43,207 nucleotides of DNA from an uncultured Rhizobiaceae bacterium (GTDB lineage: Bacteria; Pseudomonadota; Alphaproteobacteria; Rhizobiales; Aestuariivirgaceae), in contig CAYWVA010000001.1 in the NCBI GenBank assembly GCA_964461545.1, positions 1-43,207 on the forward strand. Direction: 5' to 3'. Shown here piece after piece: positions 27,201 through 33,004 of this stretch (positions within the stretch are counted from its first letter, which is position 1; each line of letters opens with the position of its first letter). Both the position numbers and the translations under genes were made by a program. The notes under the pieces were generated by a model. It did no database searches. It was not told the origin of the DNA and saw only the letters and a program-made list of their open reading frames with translations.

Positions 27201-27861
27201 GCGCTGCCAGGCGGTTGAGACGGGCCCGGTCGCGGCCGCGATAGAGCATGTGGGCGACGAGATGGAGGGCTGCGCCGTCCAGCGTCCGGCGGACGTGGGT
27301 GAGGGTCGTCTCGAAGGCCTCGCCTGGCCAGGTCTCGGGTGGCACGACGGCCAGGATCAGCCCTTCGGCATGGGCGACGACATCGGCCAGCGTCAGGTGG
27401 CACTCGCCTTTTTCGACTCGGCGCTGACCTAGGGTGAGGAGGCGGCACAGCCGGCCGTATGCCGCCCGGTCGGTGGGCCAGGCGAGAAGGGAGAGGTCAC
27501 TGGCGGACTTCTTGCCGCTGGTCCCCCCACCCCCGACCCCGCCCCACGAGGGGGAGGGGGGCTTTTCCGGCATCTCCGTTCTGCTCCCTCCCCCCTTGTA
27601 GGGAAGGGCCGGGGTGGGGGGTAGGCCACGCTCCAAGCCATCCGCGTCACTCAAATCCAGCCTCGCCCCCACCACGAGGCGCAGTCCTGTTTCCTTGGCC
27701 TGCACGTGCGCCCGCACGATGCCGGCGAGCGAGTTGTGGTCGGTGACGGCTAAGGCATTGAGCCCCAGATGCTTGGCCTGGACCACGAGCTCTTCCGGGT
27801 GCGACGCACCGCGCAGGAAAGAGAAATTGCTGGTGACCTGAAGCTCGGCGTACTCGGTCAT
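24298..27861 (-). CDS. dnaE2: Error-prone DNA polymerase III alpha-like subunit DnaE2 (ImuC)
   Basis: Start at ATG 27861 gives MTEYAELQVTSNFSFLRGASHPEELV (PHP domain). The core reads ...GVFQVESRAQM...IVRPGPIQGDMVHPYLRRR... and the C-terminus is HPRQVRIMPKTRDFR. It lies 8 nt downstream of imuB and carries three in-frame repeat insertions. Confidence 0.95.
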   Translation of the reverse strand: MTEYAELQVTSNFSFLRGASHPEELVVQAKHLGLNALAVTDHNSLAGIVRAHVQAKETGLRLVVGARLDLSDADGLERGLPPTPALPYKGGGSRTEMPEKPPSPSWGGVGGGGTSGKKSASDLSLLAWPTDRAAYGRLCRLLTLGQRRVEKGECHLTLADVVAHAEGLILAVVPPETWPGEAFETTLTHVRRTLDGAALHLVAHMLYRGRDRARLNRLAALAVRYSAPLIATNAVLFHHPDRKPLHDVVTCIRNTCTISQAGFRLEANAERHLKPASEMARLFRGHEAAVERTVEIAEACRFSLDELKYEYPEEPVPAGTSAQGHLEALTWQGAGECYGQGLPDKVRTAVTRELKLIEKLGYAPYFLTVHDIVRFARSRDTPILCQGRGSAANSAVCYCLGITAVDPVQIDLLFERFVSEERKEPPDIDVDFEHERREEVIQYIYERYGRERAGLAATVITYRGRSAVRDVGKAMGLSEDVTAALAGIVWGRMNEEMTPQRLKEVGLDAADPLLARVLEFADEITGFPRHLSQHVGGFVLTKGRLDETVPIGNAAMEARTVIEWDKDDIDALGILKVDVLGLGMLTCIRKSFELIEGWYGVKYSLATVPREDRGVYDMLCKADSVGVFQVESRAQMNMLPRLKPRCFYDLVIEVAIVRPGPIQGDMVHPYLRRRQGLEAEDYPAPNPAFGPPDELKTVLGKTKGVPLFQEQAMRLAMVAAEFAPGEINELRKAMATFRRRGTIGRLEDKMVRRMVERGYEEEFAQRCFDQIKGFGEYGFPESHAASFAHLVYVSAWLKCHFPAVFAAALLNAQPMGFYASAQIVRDAREHGVEVRSPDINVSHWNAMLEAPAPPPLTPPHKEEGNDKAAPAVRLGLREVKGLAEAEGQAIVAARNRVRGSGARDTNHLASPSTPLTLSSSPASGGRERLQKGEGDEGERRYTSLADLQRRAGVAVAAMEKLAGADAFGSLNLSRRQALWQAKALSKAQDLPLFAYAQVRDQGVDAPVALPPMPASEEVVNDYQTLKLSLKGHPMEFLRDICRSHRVTDNLALKAGKDGRRITVAGVVLVRQRPGSSGVVFITLEDEFAVANIVVWPQVLERFRAAVMGARLLLVKGRLQRSEDIIHVVADTLEDRTDWLLRLMEDRQLLSPPLARADHIARPGHDAREPPARHPRQVRIMPKTRDFR
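25045..25133. repeat. G/C-homopolymer palindromic repeat, divergent composite copy, inside dnaE2
   Basis: C-arm CCTCTCCCCCTCGTCCCCCTCCCCC, inner hairpin CCCCCG-ctgg-CGGGGG, G-arm GAGGGGGGTGGAGGGGC. It is read through as SPSTPLTLSSSPASGGRERLQKGEGDEGE. Confidence 0.6.
25270..25305. repeat. G/C-homopolymer palindromic repeat, half unit, inside dnaE2
   Basis: CCCCTCCTCC-TTGT-GGGGAGGGGTCAGGGGAGGGGG: a short C-arm, TTGT loop and long G-arm, as in the right half of the full copies. It encodes PPPLTPPHKEEG. Confidence 0.7.
27523..27621. repeat. G/C-homopolymer nested-palindromic repeat, full ~99-bp copy, inside dnaE2
   Basis: CCCCCCACCCCCGACCCCGCCCC-ACGA-GGGGGAGGGGGG, a 22-nt spacer, then CTCCCTCCCCCC-TTGT-AGGGAAGGGCCGGGGTGGGGGG. 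It encodes PPTPALPYKGGGSRTEMPEKPPSPSWGGVGGGG, interrupting the PHP-domain region. Confidence 0.8.
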
Positions 27862-27869
27862 GGCGGCCT

Positions 27870-29552
27870 TCAGGCGAACAGGCCGTGGATGAACCAGGCC
27901 GGTTGCTTTTCCTCGCCATACAGGCCCTCGCGGAACAGCCAGTAGCGTCGGCCGGCATGGTCCTCGATGACATAGTAGTCGCGGGTGCCACCCGTGCCAT
28001 CGCGCCACCATTCGGGCGCGATGCGCTCAGGGCCCTCGGCGCGCACCACTTGGCGCGCCACCCGGCGCCAGGTGAAGCGGACCGGCGGCCCATCGGGAAC
28101 CGCGGCGATGGCGACCACCGGTTCGGGACGGTCAAGCAGCAGGATCGGGCGGAGCCCCCCTCCCCCAACCCTTCCCCCCTCGTGGGGGAGGGTTAGGGTG
28201 GGGGGTAACGCAATCTCCGCCCGCTCCGGCACATGGCTCTCTGCGGCCTCGAGCCTGGCAAGCGCCAGGCGCTCATAGCGGTTGAGAATGCGGTCGGCGA
28301 GTTCGACCAGAGACGAGCCGGGGGCAATCCGGCCGGCGAGAAAATCGGCCTGGGCCGGCGCCACGGCTGCGGTTTCGACCGCTTCCATGGTCCCGGCCTC
28401 GATGCCGTAGCCGAGATCGAGGTCCTCGAGCTTGAACACGATAAGCCGTGCCAGATGGCTGGGATCATGACAGCCCTGGGCCAGACCGACCGGGATGACG
28501 GCCCGGGAGCCGTCGACCCGGTAGAGTTTGACGAGAAGCCGCAGGGCGCTGCGGCCGGCACTCTCGAGCCGGGCGCAGAAGGCATGCGCCAGGTGTTCGA
28601 TGAGGACCTTCACGCCCTCAGCGCTCACCAGCGGCTCGATGACGGCCTCGCGCACCGCAAGGACGGGCGGAGAGTTGAGCGGGGCAATCGGCGCCTCGGC
28701 ACGCCCCAAGGCCTGATCGAGCTTCACCATGAGCGAGCTTGTCAGATCGTTGCGGAAGCGTCGGGCGAGACTTACCCGCGGCAGGTCATGGAGCTGGCCG
28801 ATGCGCTTGAGGCCCAGCTGCCGCAAAGTCTGGCAGGTCTCGAGCTCAAGCCCCAACGCTTCGACCGGCAGGGTCTCGAGTGCGCGGTACTCCTCGCCAG
28901 GGGCAACGATGGGGAAGGGGGAGGGCGGAGCTTCCGAGAAGCCCTCCTCACCTCCCCCAGAAAGGGGGAGGTCGGCCCGTAGGGCCGGATGGGGGTTGAC
29001 CGGGCGCCGGCGTTCCTTGGGGGAAGCCCCGTCAATCCCCTCCCTGACCCTCCCCTTTTCTAGGGGAGGGAATGCGCAGTACCGCGCCAGGGCCCAGGCG
29101 GCGGCCGCGGTGCCGGCCAGGGCGAGGTTTATGGTGAAGCCGAGGCGGCGGAACTTTGCGGCCATATCGGCCAGCAGCGCCGCCTCGCCACCGAACAGAT
29201 GCGCGATTCCGGTGACATCGAGCACCATGCCATCGGGTGGATCGGGGGCGATGAAAGGGCTCCAGCGCTCCGACCAACGCATGAGCTTCAACAGCATGGC
29301 GGCGTCCTTGTCGGGCTCATGCAGGCGTGAGACGAGGTCCGGCACCCGGGCGCGGGCATCGGCGAAGCGCTCGCCTGTCTTCAGCCCACGGGCCCGGGCG
29401 GCCACGCTACAGGCGGCGAGCCGTAGACCGTGGGCGCCCGCCTGCACCAGCACCAGCGGCTGGCTCGTCGGGATCATGTCCTGATGAGACCTGCCGCGGA
29501 TCAACCGTTCGATCGCAAACTGCGGCAGCCAGAGCGAAACAATGCGTCGCAT
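27870..29552 (-). CDS. imuB: Y-family-polymerase-like protein ImuB
   Basis: Start at ATG 29552 gives the canonical MRRIVSLWLPQFAIERL. The C-terminus is ...YWLFREGLYGEEKQPAWFIHGLFA. It lies between imuA and dnaE2 and carries three or more in-frame repeat insertions. Confidence 0.9.
   Translation of the reverse strand: MRRIVSLWLPQFAIERLIRGRSHQDMIPTSQPLVLVQAGAHGLRLAACSVAARARGLKTGERFADARARVPDLVSRLHEPDKDAAMLLKLMRWSERWSPFIAPDPPDGMVLDVTGIAHLFGGEAALLADMAAKFRRLGFTINLALAGTAAAAWALARYCAFPPLEKGRVREGIDGASPKERRRPVNPHPALRADLPLSGGGEEGFSEAPPSPFPIVAPGEEYRALETLPVEALGLELETCQTLRQLGLKRIGQLHDLPRVSLARRFRNDLTSSLMVKLDQALGRAEAPIAPLNSPPVLAVREAVIEPLVSAEGVKVLIEHLAHAFCARLESAGRSALRLLVKLYRVDGSRAVIPVGLAQGCHDPSHLARLIVFKLEDLDLGYGIEAGTMEAVETAAVAPAQADFLAGRIAPGSSLVELADRILNRYERLALARLEAAESHVPERAEIALPPTLTLPHEGGRVGGGGLRPILLLDRPEPVVAIAAVPDGPPVRFTWRRVARQVVRAEGPERIAPEWWRDGTGGTRDYYVIEDHAGRRYWLFREGLYGEEKQPAWFIHGLFA
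28155..28205. repeat. G/C-homopolymer palindromic repeat, single long hairpin, inside imuB
   Basis: CCCCCCTCCCCCAACCCTTCCCCCC-TCGT-GGGGGAGGGTTAGGGTGGGGGG, with imperfect ~20-bp arms. It encodes LTLPHEGGRVGGGG. Confidence 0.8.
28911..28995. repeat. G/C-homopolymer palindromic repeat, composite copy, inside imuB
   Basis: GGGGAAGGGGGAGGGCG ... GCCCTCCTCACCTCCCCC-agaaa-GGGGGAGGTCGGCCCGTAGGGCCGGATGGGGG. It has a perfect 8-bp CCTCCCCC/GGGGGAGG stem and shares GGGCCGG.TGGGGG with the 27601 and 39146 arms. Confidence 0.7.
29037..29070. repeat. G/C-homopolymer palindromic repeat, half unit, inside imuB
   Basis: CCCCTCCCTGACCCTCCCC-ttttcta-GGGGAGGG: a long C-arm and short G-arm, with a perfect 8-bp stem. 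It encodes PLEKGRVREG. Confidence 0.7.
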
Positions 29553-30351
29553 AAGACCATTCCACTGACCACTGGCCGGGCCTGCCGCCACGACAGCGGG
29601 CCAGGCGTACATCCCAGACCGGCGGGCCTGGTGCTTTTTCATCAAAGGACGGCGGCACCGACGCATTTGCGGCGACGATCCAGCGGGTCCGCGCCGCCAT
29701 GCCGCCTTGGAGAGGGGCGGGGAAGAGGAGGAGGGCGGGGGTCTTGCCCTGGCTCGCCGCCAGCATGAGACGCCGGACCGCGGTGAAGCCCAAGCCCGGG
29801 TCGGCATCGGCAATGACGCCGGCAAGGCCCGTGGACTTGAGGGCCTCTTCCACCGTCCACAGTACCGCTTGCGGCTTGCTCAAGGTAACGGTGAGGAGCT
29901 GGTGGCGCGGCAGCCCCAGCGCCTCAAGCCCATGGCCATGGAGCCGTCCCCACTCACGGCTCTCCAACGACAGGCGGCACCATAGGAGGGGGCGCTCATC
30001 TTCAGGAAGGCTTTGCAACCGCCGCACGGCAAGCGCTGCGGCAAATCCCACCGCGGCGGGCATGTCTCCATAGCCGGCGGGCGCGATCTCGTGGACGGCC
30101 GCCGTCGCCAAGCCGCCGCCCTCTAAGCCTCGGGGGAGATGACAATCGATCTCGACCAAGCCGAAGGTCCAGGCCTGCGCCGCAGCCGGTACGCTCCGTT
30201 CGCCCGGGGTGATCAGGGCTGGTGCCGCCTCGATGCCGGCGATGCGGGCACGCAGCCGCTCCAGAAGCAGGCTGCGAGTTCCCTTGCCTGGCACTTTGCT
30301 GGCGGAGGGAACGCCTGCCCCTTGCGCCGCATATGAAGCAGTGCAAGTCAT
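29407..30351 (-). CDS. imuA: SOS-response cell-division-inhibitor-like / RecA-fold protein ImuA
   Basis: First gene of the imuA-imuB-dnaE2 cassette. LLERLRARIAGIE... and ...RCRGGRPGQWSVEW are typical ImuA ends. The start was placed at ATG 30351 because the LexA box lies inside the longer track ORF. The annotated stop (29407) lies 146 nt inside imuB in another frame. Confidence 0.8.
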   Translation of the reverse strand: MTCTASYAAQGAGVPSASKVPGKGTRSLLLERLRARIAGIEAAPALITPGERSVPAAAQAWTFGLVEIDCHLPRGLEGGGLATAAVHEIAPAGYGDMPAAVGFAAALAVRRLQSLPEDERPLLWCRLSLESREWGRLHGHGLEALGLPRHQLLTVTLSKPQAVLWTVEEALKSTGLAGVIADADPGLGFTAVRRLMLAASQGKTPALLLFPAPLQGGMAARTRWIVAANASVPPSFDEKAPGPPVWDVRLARCRGGRPGQWSVEWSYATHCFALAAAVCDRTVDPRQVSSGHDPDEPAAGAGAGGRPRSTARRL

Positions 30352-30366
30352 GATCGGAATCCATTT

Positions 30367-30381
30367 GTTCATGTTTTGTTC
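30367..30381. promoter_or_regulatory. LexA (SOS) box, GTTC-N7-GTTC
   Basis: Exact GTTCatgttttGTTC (GAAC-N7-GAAC on the gene strand), 16-30 nt upstream of the imuA ATG. This is the expected position and form for alphaproteobacterial imuA operons. Confidence 0.8.
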
Positions 30382-30523
30382 TAATGGGGCCATCTCGTTC
30401 CGTCAAGTGTCTGTAGCGGCACCATCCAGCAGCTCGACTGCCGAGACGGCACGATCCCTGCCCCTTTTTTGCCGCGCATTGACTTTAGCGTCATTCCTCA
30501 GGGCTGGCCGATTCGCCGGTTGC

Positions 30524-31483
30524 ATGCGCGTCAGGGGAACAAGAGGGACTGTGAAACGCCTCGGGATCATTTTCGCCGTGTGTGCGCTGATGGCTGTCGA
30601 TCTGAGTGCCAAAGACCACCACTCCCTATTGCCGGAAGGGCAGGAGCGCACAACAGTACCGCTGTCGCAGTGGCTTCCATCCATCTTGCCCTCCGGATCA
30701 CAGGATGATGCGCAAACCAAGACGCCCATCCCCACCCCCGCTGCGGGTCCACCGGCCCAGTCGTCGCGCAAACAGCAGTCCAGCACGACGGCCTCTCAAC
30801 CCGCACCGAAGCCGGAGCCGAAGCCCCAGCCGCAGCGCACTCCTGAGGAAAAGGAGGCCGACGCCCGTTGGTGGGAAGAGACTGGCAATCCGGCAGTCTC
30901 GGCATTCAGCCGCTGCCTCACCGAGCACGCCGCAGATGAGGCCCGCAACGGCAACCAGTCGAGCTATCCTGATCTTGTCACCGCAGCCATGAGAGGCCGC
31001 TGCAGCGGCGAGTTCGGGACCATGGCCCAGCTGATCCTTGCCCGCCACGGGGAAGATGGCTTCGCCAAGATCGCCAGGGAGCTGATTGCGACAACGTTTG
31101 TACCGGCCGTGAAGCAGGTAGTGGAACACGGCCCGCCAGAGGTGACCGAGCCGGTAGATGCGGCGGCCGCGATTGAGGTCGAAATGCGCCAGTCCAAAGA
31201 AACGATGTTTGGCTGCTTGGTAAGCGAGGCTGACCGGCTGGCCGCCAGCTCTCCGGCAGCGGCCGAGCGGGTCGCAGACATGGTCATTGCGTCGTGCCAA
31301 GGCCCGGCAGAAGCCTATTTCCACACGATCGAACAACTCTATCCCGGAACGATGGCGGGCGAAGCGAGCGAGGCATCAGTTGCCATCCTCGATGCAAGCT
31401 ACCGACCGGCCATCGTCCAGCGCGTCGAAGCGGCGCGAGCCAAAGGCATGCACGCCATAACCGCGCGACCCGACGGCCGATAA
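30524..31483 (+). CDS. Secreted hypothetical protein with a Pro/Gln/Ser-rich linker and a duplicated ~75-aa Cys-pair domain
   Basis: Signal peptide MRVRGTRGTVKRLGIIFAVCALMAVDLSA (alternative GTG start at 30551 after AGAGGGA). The low-complexity stretch is PTPAAGPPAQSSRKQQSSTTASQPAPKPEPKPQPQRTPEE. Two repeats each have CL..(27-29 aa)..C ... [FY].PA[VI].Q.VE. Confidence 0.65.
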   Translation: MRVRGTRGTVKRLGIIFAVCALMAVDLSAKDHHSLLPEGQERTTVPLSQWLPSILPSGSQDDAQTKTPIPTPAAGPPAQSSRKQQSSTTASQPAPKPEPKPQPQRTPEEKEADARWWEETGNPAVSAFSRCLTEHAADEARNGNQSSYPDLVTAAMRGRCSGEFGTMAQLILARHGEDGFAKIARELIATTFVPAVKQVVEHGPPEVTEPVDAAAAIEVEMRQSKETMFGCLVSEADRLAASSPAAAERVADMVIASCQGPAEAYFHTIEQLYPGTMAGEASEASVAILDASYRPAIVQRVEAARAKGMHAITARPDGR

Positions 31484-31500
31484 TCGCCATTCGGTCCTGC

Positions 31501-32778
31501 TCAGCCCTGCCGGGCGGCCCGCGTGAAGGTCTCCGGTCCCGGCCAGCAGTCAACCTCAAGGCCACTCTTGCGCTGATAGTGCCCGACTGCGGTGCGCGTG
31601 CGAAAGCCAATCAGGCCGTCGATGGACTCCCCGATATTATAGCCATTACTGACCAGCACCGTCTGCAACGCCTTGACTTGGCTGCGCGAATAGACCGCAA
31701 CGTCCCCCCAGCTGCCTTCGAAGCGCCGGTCGTCGCCCAGCCGATCGGCAAGATGGCCGACAAATAGTGCATAGAGGTCCGACTCATTGTAGGCTTTGAG
31801 GACATAGAAATTATCGGTCACCAAGAAGGCCGGTCCATGCCGGCCGGCCGGTTTGAGCAAGTAACCTGTCGTCTTGAGCCTGTGGCTCGGCAGGGCGCGG
31901 CCCCGGGTTCGCTCGTAGCCCATTGCCATCCATTCGGCGAACGGCCGGCCCTGGTGGGGCCCTTCCAGAGTACAGTCGGCGCCGGGCGGCGGCTTGACCT
32001 CATAGCCCCAAGGTAAATCGGGCTGCCAGCCGTTGTGCCTGAGAAAGTGCGCCGAAGCCGCCAACGCGTCCGTAACAGAGCCCCAGACATCGCGACGTCC
32101 GTCGCCGTCGAAGTCGACGCCATGTTGCAGGATGTGCGTGGGCAGCATCTGGGTGTGTCCCATGGCGCCGGCCCACGAACTGCGCAAGGCGTCTCGCGAC
32201 ACATGGCCCTCCTCCAGGAGCTTCAAGGCCCCTATCAGTTGCCGGCGGAAGAACTCGGCGCGCCGGCCCATGAAGGCCTGCGTCGCCAGCACCCTGACAG
32301 CATCGAGCGGAATTGTGACAGTTCCGTACGCAGTCTCCCGACCCCAGATGGCCAGCAGGATCTGGTGCGGAACGCCGTAACGGCGCTCGATCGCCGTGAG
32401 ATCACCTTGCCTTCCGGCGAGTTCTGCCCGGCCGCGCCTGACCAGTATGGAGAGGTTAGCTTCGGAGAAGTAGCGTCCCGGGCTGCCGAACTCTGCCTGC
32501 CGAGTCGGCTCTTGATCGCTCGCGGCAGCCTTGCCGGGTGGCACAAGATCGGGCAGGGACCAGTCGAGCGTGATGCCGCGAAATGCGCTTTCAAAGGTCG
32601 AACGTGAGATACCCGAGGTGCGAGCATCCGTCCACAGCGCCTCGCGCCAAGCAGCGAAACTGGCTTCGACCTGACGCTGCGCTGATTCGGCCCGAACCTC
32701 GCCGGCGAGGAGTGCAACCAGCACCCATAGGCTCACAAGTCCCATCCAGCCCAGCGCCCTTGCCGCACCCTTGCCCAT
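31501..32778 (-). CDS. Lytic murein transglycosylase (MltB/SLT_2-like) with a C-terminal peptidoglycan-binding domain
   Basis: Start at ATG 32778 (MGKGAARALGWMGLVSLWVLVALLAG signal). ILLAIWGRETAYG and WAGAMGHTQMLP are catalytic-region motifs. The C-terminal LQTVLVSNGYNIGESIDGLIGFRTRTAVGHYQ is PG_binding_1-like. Confidence 0.85.
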   Translation of the reverse strand: MGKGAARALGWMGLVSLWVLVALLAGEVRAESAQRQVEASFAAWREALWTDARTSGISRSTFESAFRGITLDWSLPDLVPPGKAAASDQEPTRQAEFGSPGRYFSEANLSILVRRGRAELAGRQGDLTAIERRYGVPHQILLAIWGRETAYGTVTIPLDAVRVLATQAFMGRRAEFFRRQLIGALKLLEEGHVSRDALRSSWAGAMGHTQMLPTHILQHGVDFDGDGRRDVWGSVTDALAASAHFLRHNGWQPDLPWGYEVKPPPGADCTLEGPHQGRPFAEWMAMGYERTRGRALPSHRLKTTGYLLKPAGRHGPAFLVTDNFYVLKAYNESDLYALFVGHLADRLGDDRRFEGSWGDVAVYSRSQVKALQTVLVSNGYNIGESIDGLIGFRTRTAVGHYQRKSGLEVDCWPGPETFTRAARQG

Positions 32779-33004
32779 TTCGATCGCCCCTATCTGGCCG
32801 TGATGCCGCTTGCCGATGCCGACGTTTGTCTGGTTCTCTTTCGCATAACCATCCAATGAATTGATCAAACTGGTGCTTTGCGTCAACTCCCCGTCGTTGC
32901 GCAACATGGGGCCAGGCTTGCGCAACCAAGAAAAAACCGCAATGGTTCACCACAGTCCGGCCGAAGCGAGACTAGCGGTCGCCATACAATCCCGAGAGAC
33001 AGAT

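Noticed and set aside
25462-27432. 656-aa ORF on the + strand, the largest unassigned ORF in the track
   Set aside because: It is entirely antisense to the strongly conserved dnaE2 core. Its composition (Arg/Gly/Ala/His/Leu runs such as HRLLLEQRHALGLAEHG) is typical of the mirror frame of a high-GC gene, and no motif is recognisable.
27862-28011. Upstream extensions of track ORFs beyond conserved N-termini (dnaE2 to 28011, imuB to 29825, imuA to 30393, permease to 16723, enolase-family gene to 20787, and others)
   Set aside because: The extensions overlap the preceding gene or a regulatory box and are Arg/Pro-rich. Canonical family N-termini with ATG or GTG starts, often in 4-nt stop/start overlaps or with an RBS, occur further downstream.
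28190-28198. Telomere-like GGGTTAGGG as evidence of a linear-replicon end or eukaryotic contamination
   Set aside because: It is a single occurrence embedded in the G-arm of a repeat inside imuB, and the flanking sequence is typical bacterial coding DNA.
25045-29070. Possibility that the G/C-rich repeats are a CRISPR array
   Set aside because: The units are inverted rather than direct repeats. They are irregularly spaced (40 bp to 2 kb apart), variable in length, lie inside conserved ORFs, and no cas genes are present.
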